Origin: Candidatus Latescibacterota bacterium
GTDB lineage: Bacteria; Latescibacterota; UBA2968; UBA8231
NCBI GenBank assembly: GCA_965204725.1
Contig: OZ242005.1
Location: 5,056,001-5,120,000, forward strand
DNA length: 64,000 nucleotides
Reading direction: 5' to 3'
Positions 20,378-29,663 of this stretch are shown one piece after another (the first letter of the stretch is position 1; each line of letters starts with the position of its first letter). The notes under the pieces are model-generated. The model searched no databases and had not been told where the DNA came from. It was given only the letters and a program-made list of their open reading frames with translations. The translations under genes and the position numbers were made by a program.

Positions 20378-21476
20378 CCGATCACTCAAGTTAGATGTGT
20401 TCATTGCTGAATACCCACTTTGGGGTAGTGAATGGGAAGTTTCTTATACAGATGGTACACACCTGCCTGAAAAAGAATATGTGAAACTTGGCGATATCGC
20501 AATTGATGAAGATGAGGAAATTGCACGACGCTATCCGATTTTACCTTTTTCTTTTTCGCCTGTGTCGGATAAAAAAATCAAAAGTCGTTTCTCTGAGTTG
20601 TCCAAAGATAACGGAATGAAACAAGCGGATCGAGCATCAAAAATCATACGTGATCAACTCGCCGACAGCATGGTACGGACTGGACTTCTACGCCCGGAAT
20701 TTTGCCTAATGGAAGACCAAGGTGTCAAGATGGAGTTTCGGAAAGTAATGAAAAAACTCTCAGAACATGGTTACTTAATACTTGTCGCTGATACAAGCAC
20801 CTTGCGACGGGCAGTGATCTCTTTCTTGCACAAAACCCTATCCGACGTGTTGATTTGGACGGTTGTTCCCGTTTTCGTGATGACTGAGCTCCAACGGCAA
20901 GTAAATGAATTGAATAGGAAACGGAGAGAAAGTGACCAAGGTAGAAAGCCTCAGCTTGGAAGGTGTAACGTGCTTGAGATGCGTCCACAGGTCTCAGTCA
21001 TTAGTCGAGAATTGAATCACATCCGCCAGTGGCGTCCCTTGGAAATGCTAACAACGCTTCCTGAACACTTAGGTCAGTCCAAAGGGAACTCCAGAGGGAA
21101 CCCAACAATTGACCGGCTGATTATTGAAAGCGTGAAGAACCTCAAGCGAGATCGAGGATTACACCAAGGTGTCTATCTCATCACCGGGGATAAGGATATG
21201 GCTTCACTTGCGACTTTAGAAAACCAAGGAAGCCTCCACCTAGGCGTTCCATCACTACCCCCAGAAATTCCAGAACTTAGCTCCGTTCGATACGACTCTC
21301 ATAACAACAGGTTCGTCCTAACTCCTGTACATTACCTACTGTGGGATTTGGCTCAGGTCTTCAGTACGATTCGTTTTAAGAACAAGGAACTTGACCGCAC
21401 ATACGAACTTGTTTATTACTCACAAGCGCGTGGAGGATTCTTTTCTTACGACGTGATGGAAATACGGGAGTTCTGA
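20370..21476 (+). CDS. PIN-domain nuclease with N- and C-terminal extensions
   Basis: Acidic PIN residues in LVADTS, VMTELQ, IDRLII, LITGDKD. Confidence 0.75.
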   Translation: MDSRSLKLDVFIAEYPLWGSEWEVSYTDGTHLPEKEYVKLGDIAIDEDEEIARRYPILPFSFSPVSDKKIKSRFSELSKDNGMKQADRASKIIRDQLADSMVRTGLLRPEFCLMEDQGVKMEFRKVMKKLSEHGYLILVADTSTLRRAVISFLHKTLSDVLIWTVVPVFVMTELQRQVNELNRKRRESDQGRKPQLGRCNVLEMRPQVSVISRELNHIRQWRPLEMLTTLPEHLGQSKGNSRGNPTIDRLIIESVKNLKRDRGLHQGVYLITGDKDMASLATLENQGSLHLGVPSLPPEIPELSSVRYDSHNNRFVLTPVHYLLWDLAQVFSTIRFKNKELDRTYELVYYSQARGGFFSYDVMEIREF

Positions 21477-21479
21477 GGA

Positions 21480-22409
21480 TTGGATCCGATCACTATAAAT
21501 AAATTGCTGTCTGTTGCTGATAGCATTGAGACGCAGCGTACTGAAAGTCAACTCTCGCTGGATACATTTTACAAGATCGTCGAGAGTCAAGGACAAGTAA
21601 AACACCCCGTACGACGAGTGCGAGACATATTGCGAGTCTTTGAAGCATCGAATTGGTTAGTTCAAAGCGAGCAAGATCAGGATATGTTGTGTTTAACCGA
21701 AGATTTCCATAATTTTATTTGCACTTGGAACGCTGGAGACTATTTATTGCCGATGAATCAAGGATTGAAAAATTATCCACCTTATGCACGTTTTCTTCAC
21801 TGTCTAGAGCGCGAGAAAAAGATTGAATTTCCCCAACGTCAGGATAAGGAAGCTCGAAGGAATTTGGGGCATAGATTAAAACAGAAATATAATATAACCT
21901 TCGTTGCCTTTGATACATTCTGGACATGGGCAGTATCCGTAGGACACGCATACCGTTCGCCTTTTGAAGAAATTCTCTATTGGGGCGGAGAGTGGGATGA
22001 AAAGCGGCCATCCTTAGAGTGCTTCAAAATAGCTTGCCGGGATAGTTATTGCCAGACAGACAAAACATCTTGTTATGCGAACTTGGGTAGTTTAGCACAT
22101 ATTGTTTGTAAGGAACTGAGTATCTCTTTTCAGGCTTTTGAGATGAAGATGAACGAGTTTGTAAAAACCTATCCAAGAGAAATTAGGCTCGCACCAGCGA
22201 CGATTCGACGAGAAGTTTCTGGACATCTACGAATCACCTCGATACGGCCAAGAAAAGAGATTCTTAAAGAACGGCTTTCCGCGAAACTGCAAGGTATGAA
22301 GTCGTCAAAACCACAGAAACCACAGTGGTTTGAACACCGCTATTTGGAGGATGGGATGCGAGTGAACGGCAAACTGGTCAAACTAATTCGATGGGAGGTA
22401 GCAAAATGA
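21480..22409 (+). CDS. Hypothetical protein, possibly tandem winged-helix
   Basis: TTG start 3 nt after the PIN stop. VRDILRVFEASNWL...LCLTED and W.VSVG segments resemble wHTH recognition helices and wings (weak). Confidence 0.6.
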   Translation: MDPITINKLLSVADSIETQRTESQLSLDTFYKIVESQGQVKHPVRRVRDILRVFEASNWLVQSEQDQDMLCLTEDFHNFICTWNAGDYLLPMNQGLKNYPPYARFLHCLEREKKIEFPQRQDKEARRNLGHRLKQKYNITFVAFDTFWTWAVSVGHAYRSPFEEILYWGGEWDEKRPSLECFKIACRDSYCQTDKTSCYANLGSLAHIVCKELSISFQAFEMKMNEFVKTYPREIRLAPATIRREVSGHLRITSIRPRKEILKERLSAKLQGMKSSKPQKPQWFEHRYLEDGMRVNGKLVKLIRWEVAK

Positions 22410-23581
22410 CACTAATGAAAGACCTTTCTTTGTTTAGAGTTGAGCCCCAGGAACTCAATCCATACGAAAAGTATTTTCTCCTTGGGAATCCATTTCCGGG
22501 ACATGGGGACACTAGCTCTGATGTCTGTACAGACCAAGACGAGTTAAAAAAAGAATTTGTCTATAGCTTGCAGAACTTTTCCTCAGACGCCAAGCGATTG
22601 CGTATTAATGGAGAAAGTGGTGCAGGCAAGACAAATATCTTGCGGTACTTTGAAAGACTGACTGACGAAGCAAGAGAAAATAAACTTATTAAAAATATAC
22701 ATCCAATCTATGTTTTTGCTCCTGGAGAGAGTTACTACGACATTCATGGACAAATTATTGATAAACTGTCTGAGTTATTCTTAGGTGATCTGTTTGAGCA
22801 GCTAAAATCAAATCCGAAAAAAATTGATACTCTTTCGGAAGATATTCGACCTGCATTCGAGCTCCTAGCAGTTATTAAAACACTAGTCGAGTCTAATAGT
22901 CTATTCACTATTTACAGTGAGCGGCATAAAGATGCCTTAATTCGCTGGTTGAAAGTGCAAAAGCTCTCGGCAGCAGACAAAAAATTATTAACTAGAATTG
23001 GAGAAAAACCCATCTCCGATATTACTAGTCTGTCGCTCGCCATGCGGTTCTTGAGTGGATTGCTCGCCGTGCTGAAAGAACTCGGTCTGTGCGATGGAAT
23101 CGTTTTGCTATTTGACGAATTTGAGGAGATTTTTGAAGGATTGTCCCGTCCACGCCAATCCCGATACGCACAAGACCTTCGGCATCTTTTCGATACGTTA
23201 AAGGAATCCGTTTTCTTTGTCATTGCAACCGTTCCAGAACCGAAAGACCTAGCACAATATCCTGCAATTGAGCGACGCTTAGGTAATGCGGTCGTGCTCC
23301 AGCCCATAGATAGTCTCGAACTTGCCGTTGAATACGTATCGGACTACTTGACCAGCGGACGAGACAAGTATGAACGGTATCTCAAAGAACATGAAAAGCA
23401 ATCCCAACAAGATCGTCCCAAACATTTAGAACCTCTGAAACCGCAAATTGTTGAAGAGGAGTACGGTCTATTAAAAAAAGAAGTTGAGGAAGCGAAACTC
23501 GATATTTTACCGGGATATTTTTTACCTCGCATGAAAGAACGAATAAAACGAGAAGTCGAGTTACCTAATGAACAAAAATGA
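22406..23581 (+). CDS. P-loop ATPase (Orc1/Cdc6- or BrxD-like)
   Basis: N-terminal NPY..LGNPFP; Walker A GESGAGKT; Walker B LLFDEFEE; AIERRL arginine finger. Confidence 0.8.
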   Translation: MTLMKDLSLFRVEPQELNPYEKYFLLGNPFPGHGDTSSDVCTDQDELKKEFVYSLQNFSSDAKRLRINGESGAGKTNILRYFERLTDEARENKLIKNIHPIYVFAPGESYYDIHGQIIDKLSELFLGDLFEQLKSNPKKIDTLSEDIRPAFELLAVIKTLVESNSLFTIYSERHKDALIRWLKVQKLSAADKKLLTRIGEKPISDITSLSLAMRFLSGLLAVLKELGLCDGIVLLFDEFEEIFEGLSRPRQSRYAQDLRHLFDTLKESVFFVIATVPEPKDLAQYPAIERRLGNAVVLQPIDSLELAVEYVSDYLTSGRDKYERYLKEHEKQSQQDRPKHLEPLKPQIVEEEYGLLKKEVEEAKLDILPGYFLPRMKERIKREVELPNEQK

Positions 23582-24761
23582 TACACAAAACGCTGTCTCT
23601 GTAGGATTTTTGGAGACACCCAACCTGTTTGCCAGCTATCGCATACACGACTATCCACGTGCGGGCCTACGTTGCCATCCATGGAAGATGACCGATACCC
23701 AAGCGATTCTGCTCAACGCCTTTGATCTGCTAGCGAATAGACGAACACATAAGTTCACTGAAGAAATCCGAAATATGAAAGGCAAGCTGCACGAATACGT
23801 CGAATTTGATGGTCCACTTATGCTCGATTCTGGTGCCTTTAATTTTCTACAACATGCTGAAATCAGTATTACACCTCTTGACGTCCTGTCGATTGGGATT
23901 GAGTTAGGGGCTGATATGTCGGTTGTGCTTGACCATCCCTTCATGCCTAAATCTGATCCGAAAGAGATAGATGTACGTTGGTCAAATACTGTGGAGAACA
24001 CCCGTAAAATGTTTGAGGCTCTAAAAGAGTCTGACGCCTCGCATCGCCCAAAACTCATACCTGTTCTTCACGGCCATAATGAAAAAACACTCTCCCGTGC
24101 TTTAGATGCTATTGTCAAAATATGGGGTCAAGAGCCTGCCATCGTCGGCATTGGAAGTTTGGCACCTCTTGCTCTCAATGGAAGCAAGCGCACAGTAGTT
24201 GATGTTATTCTCACGGTACGGAAACTGCTCCCCAAAACTCATATTCACTGTTTCTCTTTGGGATCTGCCCTGCTGATGCTATTCGCCTTTTACTGCGGTG
24301 CAGATACCGTCGATTCACAGACTTGGATTATGAGTGCTGCCTTCAAACAAGTGCAGTTGCCCGGCGTTCACTTGACCCGCTTTTCTCGCCGTGAAGCTGA
24401 AAAAGATCCCGCCAAATATGAACAAAGCCGTCGTGCCTTTGCTCAGCATTTGCTGCGATTGACTACTGAAGAGAAATTTGCTGTCAAAGACTGGGATGAT
24501 GGGACAGACTGGTCAATCTGTGATGAACGCGCTGCGCTTTCTTACTTAGACTATCTTGAAGACCGTGATGGGATAAACCACGTTCATCGCCGGGCCTGCC
24601 ACAATCTATACGCATTCAACTTTGAGGCGAGGCGAGTGCGCCATCAAAAGAAGGCTGACACACTCGAAACCTTTGTTCATAGCCGAATGAACAGCACTGT
24701 TTACCGAAAGGTATTTGAGTATGCAACTGAAAAAACCACAACCAGTAGAACTCAGCTATGA
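23568..24761 (+). CDS. TGT-family guanine transglycosylase (archaeal-TGT/DpdA-like, not the housekeeping Tgt)
   Basis: LETP, LMLDSGAF, VLDHP, IPVLHG, GIGSLAP, IHCFSLG, GADTVDS, HNL motifs. Confidence 0.85.
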   Translation: MNKNDTQNAVSVGFLETPNLFASYRIHDYPRAGLRCHPWKMTDTQAILLNAFDLLANRRTHKFTEEIRNMKGKLHEYVEFDGPLMLDSGAFNFLQHAEISITPLDVLSIGIELGADMSVVLDHPFMPKSDPKEIDVRWSNTVENTRKMFEALKESDASHRPKLIPVLHGHNEKTLSRALDAIVKIWGQEPAIVGIGSLAPLALNGSKRTVVDVILTVRKLLPKTHIHCFSLGSALLMLFAFYCGADTVDSQTWIMSAAFKQVQLPGVHLTRFSRREAEKDPAKYEQSRRAFAQHLLRLTTEEKFAVKDWDDGTDWSICDERAALSYLDYLEDRDGINHVHRRACHNLYAFNFEARRVRHQKKADTLETFVHSRMNSTVYRKVFEYATEKTTTSRTQL

Positions 24762-26278
24762 CTACGACATCTAAAACAAAGCCCCTTGAGCTAACGGTCG
24801 CCAACTTCGGCCCCGTCGCCAAGGCGAATATCGAACTGCGCCCAATGTCCGTATTCGTGGGGCCGAGCAACACCGGCAAGTCCTATATGGCCGTGCTGAT
24901 TTACGCACTGCATAAGTTTTTCAGTGCCTACCCTTATCGGCGATATGTGAGACTCGATTTGTCGAGAAAAAACGTTGCAACCACTTTAGCTTGGGCAAGG
25001 GAAACGCATTCAAACTTGCAAAGAGCAAAACGCGAGCAGTCTTCTCTAATTGAACTACCGGAGTCTATTGAGGCATTGGTACGCTCTTTTCTTCCTCGCA
25101 TCGTCAAAAATTCAGGGGACGTTTTGGAGAGCGAACTTGTCAGGTGCTTTGGGGTGGACAAATCCAAAGACTTAATTCGTCATTCAAGTGATAGCCACAC
25201 TTTATTTTCCTTTTGGAGCAATTTCTCGGAAGCTGGACGCAACGATCTATTTCGCTACAATGTTGCATTGACCAAGCGTGGAAGCAAAATAACTGCTTCG
25301 ACTCCGAACACCCTACCTCGGCAACTTAGAGAAGATAGCACATTACCTCTCTATGACTGGATAGACGGAAGCATAGACGAAGAGCGGGCTGCCGAAGGAT
25401 TGTTGGTCGAGCTTGCCAATGCCGTTGTTTCCAATATGGTTGCTTCCTTGAGTCATCCTGCGTATTACTTTCCCGCTGACCGCGCTGGTGTCATGCACGC
25501 GCATCAAGTAGCCGTGCGGGGTTTAATCGCAAGTGCCTCGCGCACCGGACTGCGACGCGATTCGCCCATGCCCGTACTTTCCGGGGTTTTGGGCGATTTT
25601 CTGGAACAGCTTGTTGAATTGGCGGAACCATGGCGGAGATACAAGAGCGACAATGATCTCGCTCTACGCTTAGAACAGGCCCTTCTTAAGGGAACTGTCC
25701 GCGTCGAACAGTCCCAGATTGACTATCCCTCGTTTGTCTATAGGCCAGACGGTTGGAAGCAGGATCTGCCCTTGATGAGTGCGTCGTCCATGGTGTCGGA
25801 ATTGGCACCTGTAGTGCTGTACCTGCGTCACGTCGTTCAGCCGGGCGATCTGCTCATCATTGAAGAGCCCGAGTCGCATCTGCATCCGGCCATGCAGGTG
25901 GAGTTTACCCGCCAGCTCGCGGCCGCAGTACAAGCAGGCGTCCGCATCCTCATTACCACTCACAGCGAATGGGTGTTGGAAGAATTGGCCAATCTGGTTC
26001 GCTTGTCAGAGCTGCCCAAGGAGCGGCGCACGGGAATCGATGACGAGGATGTAGTGCTCACTCCCGACCAAGTAGGCGCGTGGTTTTTCGAGCCGAACTC
26101 GGAAGGTAGCGGTTCTGTGGTGCGGGAAATTGCACTCGATACCGAGTCAGCAACCTTCCCGGCTGGTTTTGGACTGGTCACTGAATCACTCTATAACCGA
26201 TGGTCGGAAATTTCCACCCGGATTGAGGAGGGAAGGTGCCAGAGTCGATTAAACTGGTGCGGTGCGGCTCGCCGCTGA
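24758..26278 (+). CDS. AAA_15/AAA_21 ABC-type ATPase
   Basis: NFGPV, GPSNTGKS, FPADRAG, ASSMVSELAP, IIEEPESHLHP, ITTHS. Confidence 0.88.
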   Translation: MTTTSKTKPLELTVANFGPVAKANIELRPMSVFVGPSNTGKSYMAVLIYALHKFFSAYPYRRYVRLDLSRKNVATTLAWARETHSNLQRAKREQSSLIELPESIEALVRSFLPRIVKNSGDVLESELVRCFGVDKSKDLIRHSSDSHTLFSFWSNFSEAGRNDLFRYNVALTKRGSKITASTPNTLPRQLREDSTLPLYDWIDGSIDEERAAEGLLVELANAVVSNMVASLSHPAYYFPADRAGVMHAHQVAVRGLIASASRTGLRRDSPMPVLSGVLGDFLEQLVELAEPWRRYKSDNDLALRLEQALLKGTVRVEQSQIDYPSFVYRPDGWKQDLPLMSASSMVSELAPVVLYLRHVVQPGDLLIIEEPESHLHPAMQVEFTRQLAAAVQAGVRILITTHSEWVLEELANLVRLSELPKERRTGIDDEDVVLTPDQVGAWFFEPNSEGSGSVVREIALDTESATFPAGFGLVTESLYNRWSEISTRIEEGRCQSRLNWCGAARR

Positions 26279-26298
26279 CAAAAGCATTGAAGGGCTAA
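26236..26298 (+). pseudogene. Collapsed remnant of ABC-ATPase partner gene
   Basis: GAGGAGG RBS plus GTG opens a 20-codon ORF VPESIKLVRCGSPLTKALKG*. Confidence 0.35.
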
Positions 26299-26336
26299 AC
26301 GAACCCATACCATACAACCCTAACCGAAAGCACGTC

Positions 26337-27086
26337 ATGCTCCACATTGAAAACCTCCACGTCGCCGTTGAAGACACTCCCATCCTGCGCGGCGTCAATC
26401 TGAAAGTAGAACCCGGCGAAATCCACGCCATCATGGGGCCTAACGGCTCGGGCAAAAGCACCCTCGCGCAAGTCTTAGCCGGTAGGGAGGGCTACGACAT
26501 CACCGCAGGGTCGGTTGCGTACTGCGGCCAAGACCTGCTCGAACTCGCGCCGGAAGAACGGGCGCACGCCGGAATGTTCCTCGCCTTCCAGTATCCGGTG
26601 GAAATCCCCGGCGTCAACTCCACGTACTTCCTCCGCCAAAGCTACAACGAAATCCGCAAGCAACGCGGCGAGGAAGAACTCGACGCCATCGACTTTCTCG
26701 GGCTAATCCGCGAGAGGCTCGCCTTGGTGGAAATGGACGAGAACTTCCTCAAGCGGTCGGTCAACGAAGGCTTTTCCGGCGGCGAGAAAAAGCGCCACGA
26801 AATTTTGCAGATGGCCGTGTTGGAACCCAAGCTGTCGATCCTCGACGAGACCGACTCCGGCCTCGACATCGACGCGCTGCGGATCGTCGCCCAAGGCGTC
26901 AATCAACTCCACGCCCCAGACAAAGCCGTCGTCGTGGTCACCCACTATCAGCGCCTGCTCAACTACATAGCCCCCGACTTCGTCCACGTGCTCTACGAGG
27001 GACGCATCGTCCAGTCGGGTGGCAAAGAACTGGCACTGACGCTGGAGGAAAAGGGCTACGACTGGGTCAAGGAGTCCGTCCAATGA
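26337..27086 (+). CDS. sufC: Fe-S cluster assembly ATPase SufC
   Basis: GPNGSGKSTL, FQYPVEIPGV, VNEGFSGGEKKR, LDETDSGLDIDAL, THYQRLL. Confidence 0.97.
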   Translation: MLHIENLHVAVEDTPILRGVNLKVEPGEIHAIMGPNGSGKSTLAQVLAGREGYDITAGSVAYCGQDLLELAPEERAHAGMFLAFQYPVEIPGVNSTYFLRQSYNEIRKQRGEEELDAIDFLGLIRERLALVEMDENFLKRSVNEGFSGGEKKRHEILQMAVLEPKLSILDETDSGLDIDALRIVAQGVNQLHAPDKAVVVVTHYQRLLNYIAPDFVHVLYEGRIVQSGGKELALTLEEKGYDWVKESVQ

Positions 27087-28366
27087 GCGGCGTTGCCTAT
27101 TACCAGTCCTGCTTCAACGACCTCGTCAGCACCGACGCGCTGGGGCCGCTGCGACAAAAGGCCATTGAGCACTTCGCCGCTGCTGGCTTTCCCACGACCC
27201 AAGACGAGGAGTGGGCCTTTACGAACATCGCCCCGCTAACCCGGAACAACTTCGAGTTGGCCGAGTCCACGCCAGTTCCTGCCGTTGTCGAAGACTACCG
27301 CTACGGCCTCAAGGGGCTGGTCTTTGTCGATGGCCACTTCGCCGGCGCACATTCCGACCTCAACGGCCTGCCCAACGACGTGTTCATCGAGCGTTTGAGC
27401 ATCGCCGCAGGCACCATCATCGTCGCCGCCCTAGGCCGCGCCGCTTCCACCGAAGGCGAGGCGTTTACCGCGCTCAACACCGCCTTTTGGCAAGACGGTG
27501 CGATCGTTCATATAACCTCAGGAGTCGTCGTTGAGCAGCCCATCCACTTGCTGTTTGTTTCAACCGGCCAACGCGCCCACGTCGTTTCCCATCCGCGCGT
27601 CCTCGTGGTCGCCGGACCCAACTCCCAAGCCACCGTAGTCGAAAGCTACGTCGGCTTAGGGGCGGAACCGTATCTGACCAATAGCGTCAGCGAACTCTTC
27701 CTCGGGCACGACGCCGTGCTCGATCACTATCGGGTCCAGCGCGAGTCGGCCGCGGCCTTCCACGTCGCGGCAACCCACGTGTATGAGGAACGCGCCTCCC
27801 AATTCCGCTCGACCTCCATCAATTTGGGAGGACGCCTGACCCGCCACCACGTCCACACTGCCCTCGCGGGCGAAGGCGTGGACTCCACGCTCAACGGCCT
27901 CTACATCGCGGACGGGGGCCAACACGTCGATAACCATACGCTCATCGAACACGCCGAGCCGAACTGCCAGAGCCATGAATTCTACAAGGGCATCCTCGGC
28001 GGGCGAGCCACCGGCGTCTTCCGCGGCAAAATCCACGTTCACCAAGCCGCGCAAAAAACCGACGCCTATCAAGCCAACCAAAACCTCCTGCTCTCGGCGA
28101 TGGCGCAAATCAACACCAAGCCCCAACTCGAAATCTACGCCGACGACGTCAAGTGTTCGCACGGAGCCACCATCGGCCAACTCGACGCGGACGCTCTCTT
28201 TTACTTGCGCTCCCGCGGCATGGGCCACCGCGAGGCCGTCCGAGTGCTGACGCGCGCCTTTGCCGGCGAAGTCCTCGACCGCGTGCGCATCCCCGTTCTC
28301 AAAGACTCGCTGAACCAGCTCGTAGATCGGCGGCTGGACCAAGCGGCGGCCGGAGTTGCCCTATGA
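27083..28366 (+). CDS. sufD: Fe-S cluster assembly protein SufD
   Basis: EEWAFT, ALNTAF, NTKPQLEIYADDVKCSHGATIG, LFYLRSRG. Confidence 0.95.
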   Translation: MSGVAYYQSCFNDLVSTDALGPLRQKAIEHFAAAGFPTTQDEEWAFTNIAPLTRNNFELAESTPVPAVVEDYRYGLKGLVFVDGHFAGAHSDLNGLPNDVFIERLSIAAGTIIVAALGRAASTEGEAFTALNTAFWQDGAIVHITSGVVVEQPIHLLFVSTGQRAHVVSHPRVLVVAGPNSQATVVESYVGLGAEPYLTNSVSELFLGHDAVLDHYRVQRESAAAFHVAATHVYEERASQFRSTSINLGGRLTRHHVHTALAGEGVDSTLNGLYIADGGQHVDNHTLIEHAEPNCQSHEFYKGILGGRATGVFRGKIHVHQAAQKTDAYQANQNLLLSAMAQINTKPQLEIYADDVKCSHGATIGQLDADALFYLRSRGMGHREAVRVLTRAFAGEVLDRVRIPVLKDSLNQLVDRRLDQAAAGVAL

Positions 28367-29592
28367 CCGCTTCCTTTGATGTAGCCAAGGTCCGCCGCGA
28401 CTTCCCAGTACTCGGCGAGAAAATCCGCGGCAAGGATCTGATCTACTTCGACAACGGCGCGACCACCCAAAAGCCGCTGACGGTCCTCTACGCGCTCCAA
28501 CGCTACTACGCCCGCGAAAACGCCAATATCCACCGCGGCGTCCACTTCCTCAGCCAGCAGGCGACCTTTGCGTACGAGCGCGCGCGCGGCCGGGTCGGCC
28601 AGTTTATCAATGCCCGCGAGAGCAGCGAGGTCGTCTTCCTGCGCGGCACCACCGAGGCGATCAATCTCGTCGCCCACAGCTACGGCCGGCCACAGGTAAG
28701 CCCCGGCGACGAGGTCATCGTCTCCCAGCTAGAGCACCACTCCAACATCGTGCCGTGGCAAATGCTGTGCGAGGAAAAGGGCGCGCACCTGCGGGTCGTC
28801 CCCATCAGCCCAACGGGCGAGTTCCTCTTCGACGAATACGAGCGTCTGCTGTCCGAGCGCACCCGCATTGTGGCCGTCGCCCACGCTTCCAACGCCCTCG
28901 GCACCATCCTGCCGGTACAGGAAATCGCCGCCTTGGCCCATCAGCACGGTGCCATCGTCGTCGTTGATGGCGCGCAAGGAGTGCCCCACCTGCCGGTAGA
29001 TGTGCAGGCCCTCGACTGCGACTTCTACGCCTTTTCCGGGCACAAGCTCTTTGGCCCCACTGGTATCGGCGTGCTCTACGGCAAGCAGGCCCTGCTAAAC
29101 GCCATGCCACCATACCAAGGCGGCGGCTCCATGATCGAGAAGGTGAGTTTTGCCGGCACCACGTATGCCACTCCGCCGGCTCGCTTTGAGGCTGGTACGC
29201 CGCACATTGCCGGCGGCATTGGCTTGGAAGCCGCCATTGATTACGTCAACTCCATAGGCCGGGAGCAGATCGCCGCGTACGAGGCCGACTTGCTCGCGTA
29301 CGCAGACGCAGCCCTCGCCACCATCCCGGGCCTGCGCCTGATAGGCACGGCCCGCGAGCGCGTGGCCGTGCTTTCCTTCGCGCTCGGCGACATCCATCCG
29401 CACGACATCGGCACCGTCCTCGACACCGAGGGCATTGCCGTGCGCGCCGGCCACCACTGCGCCCAGCCGATCATGCAGTTTTACCAAGTGCCGGCTACGG
29501 TGCGCGCCTCGTTGGCTTTTTACAACACGCGAGAGGAAATAGATGCCCTCGTCGCGGCGTTATATAAGGTCAAGAAGGTGTTTGGGGGGTGA
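28363..29592 (+). CDS. sufS: Cysteine desulfurase SufS
   Basis: YFDNGATTQKP, EHHSNIVPW, DGAQ, FSGHK, FEAGTP, RAGHHCAQP. Confidence 0.97.
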   Translation: MTASFDVAKVRRDFPVLGEKIRGKDLIYFDNGATTQKPLTVLYALQRYYARENANIHRGVHFLSQQATFAYERARGRVGQFINARESSEVVFLRGTTEAINLVAHSYGRPQVSPGDEVIVSQLEHHSNIVPWQMLCEEKGAHLRVVPISPTGEFLFDEYERLLSERTRIVAVAHASNALGTILPVQEIAALAHQHGAIVVVDGAQGVPHLPVDVQALDCDFYAFSGHKLFGPTGIGVLYGKQALLNAMPPYQGGGSMIEKVSFAGTTYATPPARFEAGTPHIAGGIGLEAAIDYVNSIGREQIAAYEADLLAYADAALATIPGLRLIGTARERVAVLSFALGDIHPHDIGTVLDTEGIAVRAGHHCAQPIMQFYQVPATVRASLAFYNTREEIDALVAALYKVKKVFGG

Positions 29593-29602
29593 GGAGTGGA
29601 GG

Positions 29603-29629
29603 GCCACAAGAGGCACAGAAGGCACAGAG
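29603..29629 (+). repeat. Short CACAGAGG-type ~9-bp tandem repeat
   Basis: GCCACAAGAGGCACAGAAGGCACAGAG between sufS and sufU. Confidence 0.4.
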
Positions 29630-29663
29630 GGATGGTTCACAACATTAACGAGGTACTTTGACT

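Noticed and set aside
23568-24761. Calling the transglycosylase the housekeeping tgt, or the locus a canonical Dpd cluster
   Set aside because: It lacks the Zn motif and bacterial Tgt signatures (TPxFMPVGT, DSGGFQ), sits in an AT-rich island, and has no recognisable dpdB/dpdC or Dpd helicases.
24758-26278. Calling the island's ABC ATPase PARIS, Septu or an OLD nuclease
   Set aside because: No TOPRIM, HNH or DUF4435 partner or fused domain is present.
12034-26294. TTGAAGGG at both ends of the suf island as a target duplication or att site
   Set aside because: Only 8 bp, the right copy lies inside a coding remnant, and there is no integrase; compatible with chance.
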